This document shows positions 26,176-41,077 of a stretch of 64,000 nt of DNA, one piece after another (positions within the stretch are counted from its first letter, which is position 1; every line of letters starts with the position of its first letter). Source of the stretch: Eledone cirrhosa (Eukaryota); NCBI GenBank assembly GCA_964016885.1, contig OZ024747.1, forward strand, positions 1,178,001-1,242,000, written 5' to 3'. Made by a program: the position numbers and the translations under genes. The notes beneath the pieces are model-generated. The model saw only the letters and a program-made list of their open reading frames with translations, was not told where the DNA came from and made no database searches.

Positions 26176-29100
26176 CATCATCATCATCGTTTAACGTCTA
26201 TCTTCCACGCTTGCATGGGTTTAGACGGGAATTGTCCCACTTGAGGCAAGATTGGTTATCTCACTCATATAGGACTGTTTGGCAGGTTTTCTACGGCTGG
26301 ATGCCCTTCCTAACACCAACCACGTTTACAGTGTGGACTGGGAGGTTTTTACCGTGTTACCTACACGCCCACATTACAGTGTGGACTGTGTTTTTTTGTT
26401 GTGACACCTACACGACCTCATTTATTTAGGCCTGGATATTGTGGTCCAACATAACTTTACAGAGAAAGGGGTGGTGTAGATGGGGGTGGGGTAGGGGTAG
26501 TGGGATGGGGGCGTATATTTGGTTAAGAGGTGCCTACTGACTGTAGGTTTCGCTTTGTACTTAGGCAAGGCGGGTTTTCTGTATTACTGCGTAGCGCCAA
26601 AGATCTCGGTCCAGCGACATTGTGTTAGAGAGGTGCAAGTGTGTAAGGTCGGAATTTATCAAATCGTCCCAGGTTTTTCTGGGTCTGCCTACTCCGTGGC
26701 TACCGTCTATTTTTATCGCCCTGCACTTTTTTATACAACTGTCGTCTTTCATGCACATCACGTAATCATACCAACGTAGTCTTCTCTCGAATAAACAGCA
26801 TCTGATCCCTCTTATACCTAATTTCTCACTTAGTTCATTTATGCTTTGCCGTTCACGTATATTACTATTACACATCCAGCAGAGCATTCATGCTTCGTTC
26901 CTCTCCAGTCTGCGTATATCCTCTGCACACAATGCCCATGTTTCACTGCCATGTAACATAGCTGTTCGTATGCAAGCATCATACAGCCTGCCTTTAATTT
27001 TTAGAGAGAAACCTTTAGCGGCCAATAGTGGTATAAGCTCTCTGAACTTTTTCCATCCCGTTCTGTCTCTGGCTACTGTACTTTCTGAGCACCCTCCCCC
27101 ACTGCTGATTTTGTCACCCAGGTAATGAAAGGTGTCCACTATTTCTATAGAGCCCTCTGGGCAATAGAAGGAGCTAGTATCCTGTGGGCGCTAGCTACTT
27201 ATTTGACCAGAGCACCAGCCACATACAAAATCTACATTCTTAGATAGCTTACCCGTGATCCCACTACATCTTTTATGCACCCATACTTTGCATTTGGGAC
27301 ATAAAATGGAATTTCTGCCTACTCCTTTCCTACACACTGAGCATGGCCATTTCCCAGAGGGGACCTGTGCCCTATTCTCCTTCCTACATACTAGAACTTT
27401 AGTCTTAGACAAGTTAACTTTAAGGCCTTTTGATTCTAGGCCATGCTTCCATGTTTGGAATTTCTTCAGCTATGAGCGTTAGATCATCTGCATAGAGAAG
27501 TCCCATGGGCAGCCGGTCTTGAACTCCTCTATTATAGACTAAAGGGCAATAATAAATAGGAGGGGGCTAAGGACAGAGCCCTGATGAACACCAACTTTTA
27601 CGCTAAATTCTTCACTATATTCGTTGTTGATTCTAACCTTACTGACTGTTTCTTTATACATGGCTTGTATAGCTCTCACAAGTCATTCATCAACCCCTTG
27701 TTTTTTAAGGGCCTACCAGATAATGGCACGGGGGACTCTGTCAAAGGCTTTCTCCAAGTCAACAAAAGCTAAGTATAGGGGTTTACTTTTAGCTAGGTAC
27801 TTTTCCTTGTCGTACAAGAAAAAGGGCGTCTGGTACTTTTACCCGACACAAACCCAAACTGCATTTCGTCTAGATCAATTTGCTCTCTGATTAGTTGCGC
27901 TATAACTAATTCTGTGACCTTCATGATCTGGTTGATTAATTTAATGCCTCTATAGTTTCCTCTATCTAGTGCATCTCCTTTACCCTTGTAGCAGTTAATG
28001 ATGATGCTGCTTCGCCAGTCATTTGGTATGACATCGTTCTGTATGACTTGGTTTACTATCCGGGTGGCCATGGTGTATCCCACCATTCCAGATGCTTTCA
28101 GCATTTCAGCAACTATCTCTGAAGGCCCAGCTGCCTTGCCTGTCTTCATATCTTTGATTGCCTTACTTATTATACTACCTTCAACTTGCACTCCCTCTAT
28201 TGGATCGTTGTGGGGCAGAATGTCTTTGTCCCATTTATTCTCCTCATTTAGTAGCCTCTCGTAGTGAGACTTCCAAGCTACCTTCTTATCAGCGTCAGTG
28301 ATGGCAAGTACACCATCATCATTACGGACACACTTCTCCCTGACGATATCATGGTTTTCCTTGACACATTGCCTAGCAATCCTGAACACCTCACGTTTTT
28401 GGTCCTCGCATTTTAGAACATGCTTGAACTTTCTTTCCTCTGTTTCCCTTCTTGCAAAGTACACTTATCTCCTAGCTTCCCTCCTGGCCACTAGATAGTC
28501 TTCTCTACTTCCCCCATCCCGCCATACTTTCCAAGCCTGCTTTTTGGCCTTGATTGACTCCTCCACCTTACTGTTCCACCACCAAGTTACTCTCCTCCTG
28601 CCTATAAGTCTGCTCCAGCCATAGATTTCGTCTGTCGCCTTCAGCAGGTTAACTTTCAGGAATTCCCACTGTTCCTCTATATTGTACGACTCTAATTGCT
28701 CTTCTTTACTGTCAAAAGCATCAAGTAATATGCTTTTAAATTTGTTACTAGCGTAGGGTCCTTCAACTTCCATATTCTTCTCCTTATGGTAGTCCTCCTC
28801 TGTTGTTGTGTACGTCTCGTCCTGACTATGAGGTCGCTAACTATGAGGCTATGTTGGGAGGTGCATTCTTCATGGGGGAGGGATTTAGTGTTTACACTCT
28901 GTCACGTCTTCTGGTAAGGATATAATCTATCTGACTGGCGTGTTCCCCTGATCTATAGGTGATCAAGTGATTGTCTCATTTTTTGAAATTTGTGTTACAG
29001 ATAGTTAGGTTATTTGCATCACAGAATTCCAGGATTCTGGAGCCTTCCTCATTTCTAGTGCCAAACCCATAGCCTCCATGGATTGTCATAGCCATCACAA

Positions 29101-29630
29101 TGTTGTCCAACATGACCATTTAGGTCGCCAGCAATAATTATGTAGTCACTGTCGGTTATTTGGGAGGTAGTGAACATTAGCGACTCATAGAATCTGTCTT
29201 TTATAACGCCAGGCAGTCCGGGTTGGGGTGTATACGTGGATATTATTGTCACAGTAGTTCTATTTAGGACAGGTCTTATTTTAATTATTCTGTCGTTCAC
29301 TCTATTTACGTCTATTATCTTATTTACCCATTTTTCTGCTAGCATGATTCCTACCCCACCCAGCCCATTGTCATTTCCCACCCAGAAAAGTTTATACCAT
29401 CGTTTTTTATCCACAATGAATCTAGCAGACCCATCTCTCCACCTGGTCTCTTGAATACAACAAACATCAACTTCTTTACGTTCAAGCATCTCTACAACCT
29501 CGTTAGAGCGACCTTTTAAAGTGCCTACATTCATGGTACCAACTCTGAAGTTTTGGATTGTGTTTGGTGGGTGGGAAGGATGAGGTGCAGGGAGGAGTGA
29601 GGGAGATGGGGTTATGTTAGTCATCCGCGG
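26176..29630 (-). mobile_element. Near-full-length decayed RTE-clade LINE (APE endonuclease + RT + Cys-rich PHD-like finger)
   Basis: APE motifs (GTMNVGTL, CIQETRW, AGDLNGHVG), RT motifs (NYRGIKL, GVHQGSVLSPLLF, LLYADDL at ~27480-27500), CxxC...CxxC..WVHxxC...CxxC and MLHGSETW. Many stops and frameshifts; (GAT)n tail. A 5' UTR may extend to ~30150. Confidence 0.95.
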
Positions 29631-30439
29631 CCGAAATAAAGAGGAGGAGTCCTTGTATTCTCATCTGGCAACACGAGGTGAATTTTTCTTTATCTTTGGC
29701 ATTGTCATTGAGTGTCCAGATTTTTAAGACTCTCCAGAATTCTATAGTCCATCTAGCATATCGAAAAGCAACCAGGTCTAAACTTAAGGAGTGATAGCCG
29801 AGGTGGTGGTTTTGTGAAAGAGATTTGTAGGAGAAACATATTATAAGCCGCTTAATTATGATTGGACCAAATAATAATGGTGGCAAGTGGGGGCGGGATC
29901 TGGGGGAGTTAGCAAGAAGGTTATTTTATAATATAGTCCTAGAAATTTGGCCATAATTAAACAAGCATATAACAGTATTAAGAGTTTAAATACAAGTAGA
30001 AGATTTCTTTCGAGGGTCTGACAGAATTATGGGAGTTTAAAATACAAGAAGATTGTTTTGAAGGACTAGGAAACATGGAGAGACAAGAAATAGGATGAAT
30101 ACATTACATTTCTCAAAAACGAGCGACAAAGATTAGGGACCGACAAACTCTGAGATTCGTAGCTCACAAGTTTATTTTATACTTCATGTGAATAAAAGAT
30201 AATGTTACAGGCAGGAATAGTTTTTAATATCATTAAACTGTATTAGGCTTAACCTGGGTTTAAACAACAAGGTATACAATGTATTATATATATATATTGC
30301 AAATATTAACTCTTAACATCCTGTAATGATATAGCAGAAAATATTTAAAGATAAGTTTGTTAATTCAAATGTTTATAGTACTTGTGTTAATGGACAGATC
30401 ATTGTGAAAATTTGCAGTAAACCAAGAATATATTTTAAT

Positions 30440-32982
30440 TGTTAATGTGGTGTATACCTTGTTAATGTGGTGTATACCTTGTTAATGTGGTGTATATCTT
30501 GTTAATGTGGTGTATATGATGTTAATGTGGTGTATATCATGTTAATGTGGTGTATATCATGTTAATGTGGTGTACATCTTGTTAATGTGGTGTACATCTT
30601 GTTAATGTTGTGTACATCTTGTTAATGTGGTGTATATCATGTTAATATGGTGTATATCATGTTAATGTGGTGTATATCATGTTAATGTGGTGTATATCAT
30701 GTTAATGTGGTGTACATCTTGTTAATGTGGTGTATATCTTGTTAATGTGGTGTATATCATGTTAATGTGGTGTATGTCTTGTTAATGTGGTGTATGTCTT
30801 GTTAATGTGGTGTATATCTTGTTAATGTGGTGTATATCTTGTTAATGTGGTGTATATCATGTTAATGTGGTGTATATCATGTTAATGTGGTGTATATCAT
30901 GTTAATGTGGTGTATATCATGTTAATGTGGTGTACATCTTGTTAATGTGGTGTACATCTTGTTAATGTGGTGTACATCTTGTTAATGTGGTGTATATCAT
31001 GTTAATGTGGTGTATATCATGTTAATGTGGTGTATATCATGTTAATGTGGTGTATATCATGTTAATGTGGTGTATATCATGTTAATGTGGTGTACATCTT
31101 GTTAATGTGGTGTATATCTTGTTAATGTGGTGTATATCATGTTAATGTGGTGTATGTCTTGTTAATGTGGTGTATGTCTTGTTAATGTGGTGTATATCTT
31201 GTTAATGTGGTGTATATGATGTTAATGTGGTGTATATCATGTTAATGTGGTGTATATCATGTTAATGTGGTGTACATCTTGTTAATGTGGTGTACATCTT
31301 GTTAATGTGGTGTACATCTTGTTAATGTGGTGTACATCTTGTTAATGTGGTGTACATCTTGTTAATGTGGTGTACATCTTGTTAATGTGGTGTACATCTT
31401 GTTAATGTGGTGTATACCTTGTTAATGTGGTGTATATCATGTTAATGTGGTGTATATTATGTTAATGTGGTGTATACCTTGTTAATGTGGTGTATACCTT
31501 GTTAATGTGGTGTATATCGTGTTAATGCGGTGTATATCTTGTTAATGTGGTGTATATCTTGTTAATGTGGTGTATATCTTGTTAATGTGGTGTATATCTT
31601 GTTAATGTGGTGTATATGATGTTAATGTGGTGTATATCGTGTTAATGTGGTGTATATCTTGTTAATGTGGTGCATATCTTGTTAATGTGGTGTATATGAT
31701 GTTAATGTGGTGTATATCGTGTTAATGTGGTGTATAACTTGTTAATGTGGTGTATATCTTGTTAATGTGGTGTATATCTTGTTAATGTGGTGTATATGAT
31801 GTTAATGTGGTGTATATCGTGTTAATGTGGTGTATATCTTGTTAATGTGGTGTATATCTTGTTAATGTGGTGTATATGATGTTAATGTGGTGTATATCTT
31901 GTTAATGTGGTGTATATGATGTTAATGTGGTGTATATGATGTTAATGTGGTGTATACCTTGTTAATGTGGTGTATATGATGTTAATGTGGTGTATATGAT
32001 GTTAATGTAGTGTATACCTTGTTAATGTGGTGTATATGATGTTAATGTGGTGTATATGATGTTAATGTGGTGTATACCTTGTTAATGTGGTGTATATGAT
32101 GTTAATGTGGTGTATATGATGTTAATGTGGTGTATACCTTGTTAATGTGGTGTATATCTTGTTAATGTGGTGTATATCTTGTTAATGTGGTGTATATCTT
32201 GTTAATGTGGTGTATATCTTGTTAATGTGGTGTATATCTTGTTAATGTGGTGGATATCTTGTTAATATGGTGTATATGATGTTAATGTGGTGTATATGAT
32301 GTTAATGTGGTGTATATCTTGTTAATGTGGTGTATATGATGTTAATGTGGTGTATATGATGTTAATGTGGTGTATATGATGTTAATGTGGTGTATATGAT
32401 GTTAATGTGGTGTATATCTTGTTAATGTGGTGTATATCTTGTTAATGTGGTGTATATGATGTTAATGTGGTGTATATGATGTTAATGTGCTGTATATGAT
32501 GTTAATGTGGTGTATATGATGTTAATGTGGTGTATATCTTGTTAATGTGGTGTATATCTTGTTAATGTGGTGTATATGATGTTAATGTGGTGTATATGAT
32601 GTTAATGTGGTGTATATGATGTTAATGTGGTGTATATGATGTTAATGTGGTGTATATCATGTTAATGTGGTGTACATCTTGTTAATGTGGTGTACATCTT
32701 GTTAATGTGGTGTACATCTTGTTAATGTGGTGTATATCATGTTAATGTGGTGTATATCATGTTAATGTGGTGTATATCATGTTAATGTGGTGTATATCAT
32801 GTTAATGTGGTGTACATCTTCTTAATGTGGTGTATATCTTGTTAATGTGGTGTATATCATGTTAATGTGGTGTATATCATGTTAATGTGGTGTATACCTT
32901 GTTAATGTGGTGTATATCTTGTTAATGTGGTGTATATGATGTTAATGTGGTGTATATGATGTTAATGTGGTGTATATCTTGT
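30440..32982. repeat. 20-bp minisatellite GTTAATGTGGTGTATATC(A/T)T, about 127 copies
   Basis: Direct reading; stays in register with no indels. Confidence 0.99.
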
Positions 32983-33045
32983 CTCATCTCTCATTTGTGG
33001 GAATTGTATAAGAAAAGAGATAAACTATAGAGATGAATAACTTAC

Positions 33046-33096
33046 TGGGTCATTGTTAGTTTGGGTGGACGGTGTTCGACAGTGAGCAAACCATTC
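33046..33096 (-). CDS. EXOC4: EXOC4 51-nt exon (EWFAHCRTPSTQTNNDP)
   Basis: TTCTACTTGCAG acceptor and GTAAGT donor, phase 0 to 0. Begins with EW, as expected after HESL (HESLEW motif). Confidence 0.85.
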
Positions 33097-33230
33097 CTGC
33101 AAGTAGAATAAAGAAAGTTACTCTCTCTCTCTCTGTATGTGTGACGAGACACACAAACACACAGAATCAAAGAACAACAGGAAAGAAAGAGTCAGTCACA
33201 GAATCAGAGATACATTTATATACATTCATA

Positions 33231-33650
<420 letters not shown>

Positions 33651-34920
33651 TCATCATCATCATCATCATCATCAACGTTTAACGTCCGTGTTCCACGCTT
33701 GCATGGGTTTGGACGGGGGTAGTCCACTTGAGGCATGAGTGATTGTCTTGCTCGCATAGGACTGTCTGGCATGTTTTCTACAGTTGGATGCCCTTCCTAA
33801 CACCAACCACATTTACAGTGTGGGTCTGGGAGGTTTTTACCGTGTTGCCTACACGGCCACATTACAGCGTGGACTGTGTGTTTTTTTTGTCGTGACACCT
33901 ACACGATCTCATTTGTTTCGGCCTCGATGGCGCGGCACCAACATAACTTTACATAGAACGGGGTGGTGTGGATGGGGTGGGGGTGGTGTGGAGTAGGTTT
34001 TTACTATATATTTAGGTAAGGCGGGTCTTCTCTGTTACTGAGTACCGCCAAAGGTCTCGGTCCAGTGACATTGTCTTGGAGAGGTGTAAGTGTGTGATGT
34101 CGGAGTTTATCAGCTCGTCCCAGGTTTTTCTAGGTCTGCCTATTCCGTGACTACCGTCTATCTTTATTGCCCTGCACTTTGTTATACAGCTATCGACTTT
34201 CATGCGCATCACGTGTCATACCAACGTAGCCTTCTCTCGAGTAAACAACATCTGATCCCTCTTATCTCTAATTTTTTCCTTAGTTCGTTTATGCTTTGCC
34301 GTTCACGTATATTACTGTTACACATCCAGCGGAGCATGCAAGCTTCATTCCTCTCTAGTCTGCGTATATCCTCTGCACACAATGCCCAGGTCTCACTGCC
34401 ATGCAGCATTGCTGTTCGTATGCAGGCATCGTACAACCTGCCTTTCATTTTTAGTGAGAACCCTTTAGCAGCTAATAGTGGTATAAGCTCTCTGAACTTT
34501 TTCCAACCAGTTCTGACTCTAGCTACAGTACTTTCAGAGCACCCTCCCCCACTGCTGATTTTATCGCCCAGGTAACGGAAGCTGTCCACTATTTCTATAG
34601 AACCCTCTGCGCAATTGAAAGAGCTAGTATTTTGTGGGCACTTGCTGCTACTTATTGCACCAGAGCACCGGCCACATGTAAAATCTATGTTCTTAGTTAG
34701 CTTACCTGTGATCCCACTACATCTTTTATGCACCAAGTACTTTGCATTTAGGACATAAAATGGAGTTTCTACCTACGCCTTTCCTACACACCGCGCACGA
34801 CCATTTCCCAGAAGGGATCCGCCGCCTTGTTTGTCTTTCCGACAAACTAGTGACTTTGGTCTTAGCCAGGGTTGAATTTTAAGTCCTTTTGACTCTAGGC
34901 CGTGCTTCCATGTTTGGAGG
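33651..34920 (-). mobile_element. 5'-truncated RTE LINE
   Basis: ORFs VHKRCSGITGKL...MLHGSETW...RRLRW and GRPRKTWDELI; (GAT)n tail; flanked by (TA)n. Confidence 0.93.
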
Positions 34921-35130
34921 CACGGCCTATATATATAAATATATTTTATATATATATATAAATATATTTATATAAGTATATATATATAAATGTATCTGGT
35001 TGTGGAACCAACCAACCAACCAGAAATTTATAAATTTGTAAATTTATAAATATATAATAAATTAAATTGAAGTGAAAGCAACTGGTGCATGTGTTTCTTA
35101 TTGGCAACATGACCCTCCCAAAGTATAACA

Positions 35131-36548
<1,418 letters not shown>

Positions 36549-36738
36549 GTAGATAAATCTACCAAAATATACGGTAGTGTCCAATCCATATGAAGAACTC
36601 AATGTAATCCGAATATCATGAAAAGAGAAGATGTATTCAAAAGTTTTTTTTCGATGAAAAATACATGAAAACAGAGTCAAGATAAATTAATAAAAATAAT
36701 GAATAAAAACAAAGAAACAGTTCTTTATATTAAAAAAT

Positions 36739-36874
36739 TCATCATTTTACGATCGTTTCTAGGATATATATGTTAGTGTTGGTATGTATATCATATAGAT
36801 CTATGTAAAATTTTTACAAACTATCAGAGGGAATATACATACCTACACATATATATGCTGTCTTCAGAAATAAT
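36739..36874 (-). ncRNA. Type I hammerhead ribozyme (PLE terminal repeat, copy 1)
   Basis: CTGAAGA, long stem II, GAAA, palindromic CGATCG stem III, GTA cleavage triplet. Stem I ATTATTT pairs with AAATGAT. Confidence 0.75.
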
Positions 36875-37061
36875 TGTTTCTACTTTTGGCACAAGGCCAG
36901 TAATTATCCCAGTGCATTACTGGTACTTTATTTTATCGACCCCGTAAGGATGAAAGGCAAAGTTAACCTCGGCGGGATTTGAACTCAGATCATAAAGGGG
37001 CGTAACTCTATACGTGAAAGCATGGCGTCCGACCCTCTACCGATACTGCCAATCGACCACC
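36875..37061 (-). mobile_element. tRNA-derived SINE nested in the Penelope terminal repeat
   Basis: Same family as 14887-15073. 13-bp TSD CTTCAGAAATAAT at 36862-36874 and 37062-37074. Confidence 0.9.
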
Positions 37062-37080
37062 CTTCAGAAATAATGATATT

Positions 37081-37547
37081 CTGTCTTCAGAAATAATGAT
37101 ATTTGTTTATTGAAAAAAAAACCAACAAGGATTTAATATAATAGGTCTGTTTGGGAACAGGTTTTGAATTGACCAATAGAAAGGTAGTAAAGGTCAAGAT
37201 GGTAAAATAGTAGTAATAGAATTTTAATTTAGGGGTAGAGGAAGGTAGATTTCAGTTTTGGATGGAAAGAATATGATGAATAAAAGATTATTTTAGGGAT
37301 GAGAATAGGTCATATGCTGTCTTCAGAAATAATTATATTTGTTTATTGAAAAGAACCAACAAAGATTTAATATAATAGGTCTGTTTTGGAACAGGTTTTG
37401 AATTGACCAATAGAAAGGTAATAACTGGCCAAATGGTATAATAGTAGTAATGGAACTTTAATTTAGGGGTAGAAGAAGGCAGATTTCAGTTTTGAATGGA
37501 AAGAGTATGAAGAATGAAAAGATTATTTTAGGGATGAAAATAGGTCA
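37081..37547. repeat. Diverged tandem duplication (~235 bp x2) in the PLE 3' region
   Basis: CTGTCTTCAGAAATAAT...AATAGGTCA occurs twice, at ~37081 and ~37317. Confidence 0.85.
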
Positions 37548-39783
37548 GGTCGGTAAAAGGTACACGAAAATTGCTGTTATAAAAGAATAATGCAAATGTA
37601 AATATCTAAGGAGAATAAAATTTTACGATAAAGGTGTTAGTGAAAAATATCAAACTTATTTAAAATATAAGGAATTTACATCTATAAAAAGAAAATAAAT
37701 TAATTAAATTGATAGGTATATTTATATTGATAAAATTATATTAATGCATATAGATATGATAAATAAGAGTTATATGTAATTGAAGAGTGCTGTTAAAAAC
37801 GAAGGGAAAATAAAAAAATAATAATAATAAATATTGGGGGGGGGGTAAATTTATTAGTGAGAAATAACCAATATATATAGATTACAAGGAATATAGAATC
37901 ATAACCTGAAATTAAAATAGTTTATATGTATTCTTAATGGTATAAATTTTAGGAAAAGATAGCTGTAAAAGGGAAATAAAATTATGTAGTTCATTAGTAG
38001 TAGAATATTAATTATAGGTTAACTAATTTAAAAAAAGTGTTATTATAATAATTTCTAAAGTGTATATTAATTAGGTTTATAATATTTAAATGTTTTTCTC
38101 AGTTTATGATTACACGATATAATTAATTCCTGTCGCTTATTTAATAGGATATCCTTAGATTTCATTATTTCAAAAAGTTCCTGGGAACATAATCTACATT
38201 CATATCTATTATTTTGATAAGGGGTGGCCCTTTTGAGCACACTCCAGGTCAGGTCATAATCTATATTCCTCTTTCTATAATTATTAATTATTTCAGCTAA
38301 AGATGTTGTATTAGCTAATGCGGCATTTTTAAAACTGTGTTTGTGGGTATTAAATCTTACTTTAAATTGGTTAGAAGTAGCTCCTATATATGAATAAATT
38401 GAGTCCTTAGTGTTAACTTTACATTTATATACTGTTATTAATAAGGCAATTTCCTTTTAATGGGCAATTTGCTTTGTTTCTACAGTTACAACCTTTCGTG
38501 AATGCTGTATCAGAGGAGATAGTCAAATTAGGTGTGGAATTTTCACGATTTGTTGTATGTGAATGAGATGGTGGTTTGCTGTGGTTTATTTTAGTATTAT
38601 GGTTAGTTTGATGTATTGGTGGTATATTCATGGCTTTTTTTACATTTATATGCATTATAGGCACTTATATTTTGTTTTATGTTTTTGGTTGTTGAGTAGG
38701 AGAATTTAATCGTTGATCTATTTAAAATTTGATGGTATTTGTGGTTTGGCGGGAAGTTTTTCTCTAGGATAGTAAAAAAATTTTTAGGTATATTATCCTT
38801 AATTTGTAAATTAAATGGAGCATTATACCAAGTAACTCGTCTATTACGGTTTCGATGTTGTTTATTATTTTTATAGGATGTATCCTGATGTTTATTAAGA
38901 GAATTATTGTTAATGATTTTATTACACATATTTTTAGTTAGATTCATTGATTTAGGTGTTTTAGCTTGTTTATTAGGAATTTTATTATTAACATATATTG
39001 GAGTAGTAGGATGAATAGTTTTTTGAAAGTTACTATATTGTATATTAGAAGAGTTAGAGAAATTAAATTTTATGTTGGTATTTTGGGGTATAGTGTGAGT
39101 GGCATTTAGGTGTGTATGTTTCATTTGGTGTTTGTTGGTAATATTAGGTTGTATGTTTGTAGTGTTATTGGTACAAGGTATGTATACTAATTTATTTTTG
39201 TGGCCACTTCTAGCTAAAGCTTCATTATAGAAGGTTGCATTTTTATCAAATACATCCTGGTTAGACGAAAGGTTAGAAATTCTGAGTGAGATATTATATG
39301 CTAGGTTTTTAAGGATAGATTTAGGGTGATTAGATTGTGAGTGTATGTAATGTAAGTTTTGGTTAGGTTTATGGTAAGGTTGGTAGATACCCATAGATAA
39401 GTCTAATGTTATATCAAGGAAATTAACTACTTTACTTGTGTTTTCAAATGTAATATCTAGACTATAATAGTCTTTGAAGAAAGTTCTAATAAGTTTTTTA
39501 TTTTTTTCAATCTCTGATAGGCTAAGGTTATTGGAAAGAAGAAGACAGTCGTCACGATATAAACCACCTTTAAGGTGGGGAAAGGAAGCATTTATGTTAA
39601 ATAGAAGAAAGAGGCCTACAAGATCGGTAATTTGGGCAGAATCACTTGAGCCCATAGTAATGTCGAATAGATTACTATATGTGTTTCTGGTCCAGTACTC
39701 TTTTTGAAATTCCAGTAGTGTTAGTCTAGCATGTGTAATAATATTAATGTCATCCATAGTTAAGTTAGATCTATTTTTTGCAA

Positions 39784-39917
39784 TATTTCTGAAGACAGCA
39801 TATATATGTATAGGTATGTATATTCCCTCTGATAGTTTGTAAAAATTTTACATAGATCTATATGATATACATACCAATACTAACATATATATCCTAGAAA
39901 CGATCGTAAAATGATGA
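39784..39917 (+). ncRNA. Type I hammerhead ribozyme (inverted copy 2)
   Basis: CTGAAGA at 39789, GAAA at 39897-39900, CGATCG and GTA; predicted cut after 39908. Stem II includes GGTATGTATAT/ATATACATACC. Confidence 0.72.
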
Positions 39918-39990
39918 ATTTTTTAATATAAGGAACTGTTTCTTTGTTTTTATTCATTATTTTTATTAATTTATATATATATATAAATAA

Positions 39991-40029
<39 letters not shown>

Positions 40030-40033
<4 letters not shown>

Positions 40034-41067
40034 GCCGATGCTCAGGTGCAATAAGTAGCAAGTGCCCACAGGATACTAGCTCCTTCTATTGCCCAGATGG
40101 TTCTATAGAAATAGTGGACACTTTCCGTTACCTGGGTGACAAAATCAACAGTGGTGGAGGGTGCTCTGAAAGTACAGTAGCCAGAGTCAGAACGGGATGG
40201 TTAAAGTTCAGAGAGCTTATACCACTATTGGCCGCTAAAGGTTTCTCTCTAAAAATGAAAGGCAGGCTGTATGATGGCAGTGAGACGTGGGCATTGCGTG
40301 CAGAGGACCTGCTCAGACTGGAAAGGAACGAAGCATGCATGTTCCGTTGGATGTGTAATATGTGAATGGCAAAGCATAAACAAACTAAGTGAGAACTTAG
40401 GAATAAGAGGGATCAGATGCTGTTTACTCGAGAGAAGACTACGTTGATATGGCCATGTGATGCGCATGAAAGACGACAGCTGTATAAAAAAGTGCAGGGC
40501 AATCAAAATTGATGGTAGTTACGGAGTAGGTAGACCCAGAAAAACCTGGGACGATCTGATAAATTCCGACCTTACACACTTGCACCTCTCTAAGACAATG
40601 TCACTAAACCGAGATCTTTGGCACTACGCAGTAATACAGAAGACCCGCCTTGCCTATGTACAAAGTGAAACCTACAGTCAGTAGGCACCTCTTAAGCAAA
40701 TATACACCCCAATCCACTACCCCTACCCTATCCTCCCACTAACACCACCCTCTCTCTGTAAAGTTGGTACCACAACATCCAGTCCAAATAAATGAGATAA
40801 TGAGATTGAGATCGTATAGGTGTCACAACAAAAAAACACACAGTCCACGCTGTAATGTGGCCGTGTAGGTAACACGGTAAAAAGTTCCCAGTTCCACACT
40901 GTAAATGTGGTTGGTGTTAGGAAGGCCATCCAGCCATAGAAAACCTGCCAGATAGTCCTATATGAGCGAGACACGGTCACCCGACCAACCTTATCTCAAG
41001 TGGGACAACCCCTGTCTAACCCATGCTAGTGTGGAAGATGGACGTTAAACGAAGATGATGATGATGA
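40030..41067 (+). mobile_element. 5'-truncated RTE LINE (opposite orientation)
   Basis: FRYLGDKI..GGGCSE, GSETW and GRPRKTWDD motifs, family 3' UTR and (GAT)n tail. Confidence 0.93.
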
Positions 41068-41077
41068 TATATATATA

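Larger units (their letters stand above)
36682..39974 (-). mobile_element. 5'-truncated Penelope-like element (RT + C-terminal GIY-YIG; Naiad-like motifs) with inverted terminal pseudo-LTR copies
   Basis: RT motifs DITMGS..SA, LYRDD, VNFLDITLDL and YHKPN...SNHP (38603-39757). Frameshifted CNCRNKANCPLKGNCL, then VYKCKV...YIGATSNQFKVRFNTHKHSF and CRLC...LLNKRQE...CNH to ~38068. 36682-36871 is repeated inverted at 39785-39974. Confidence 0.92.
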
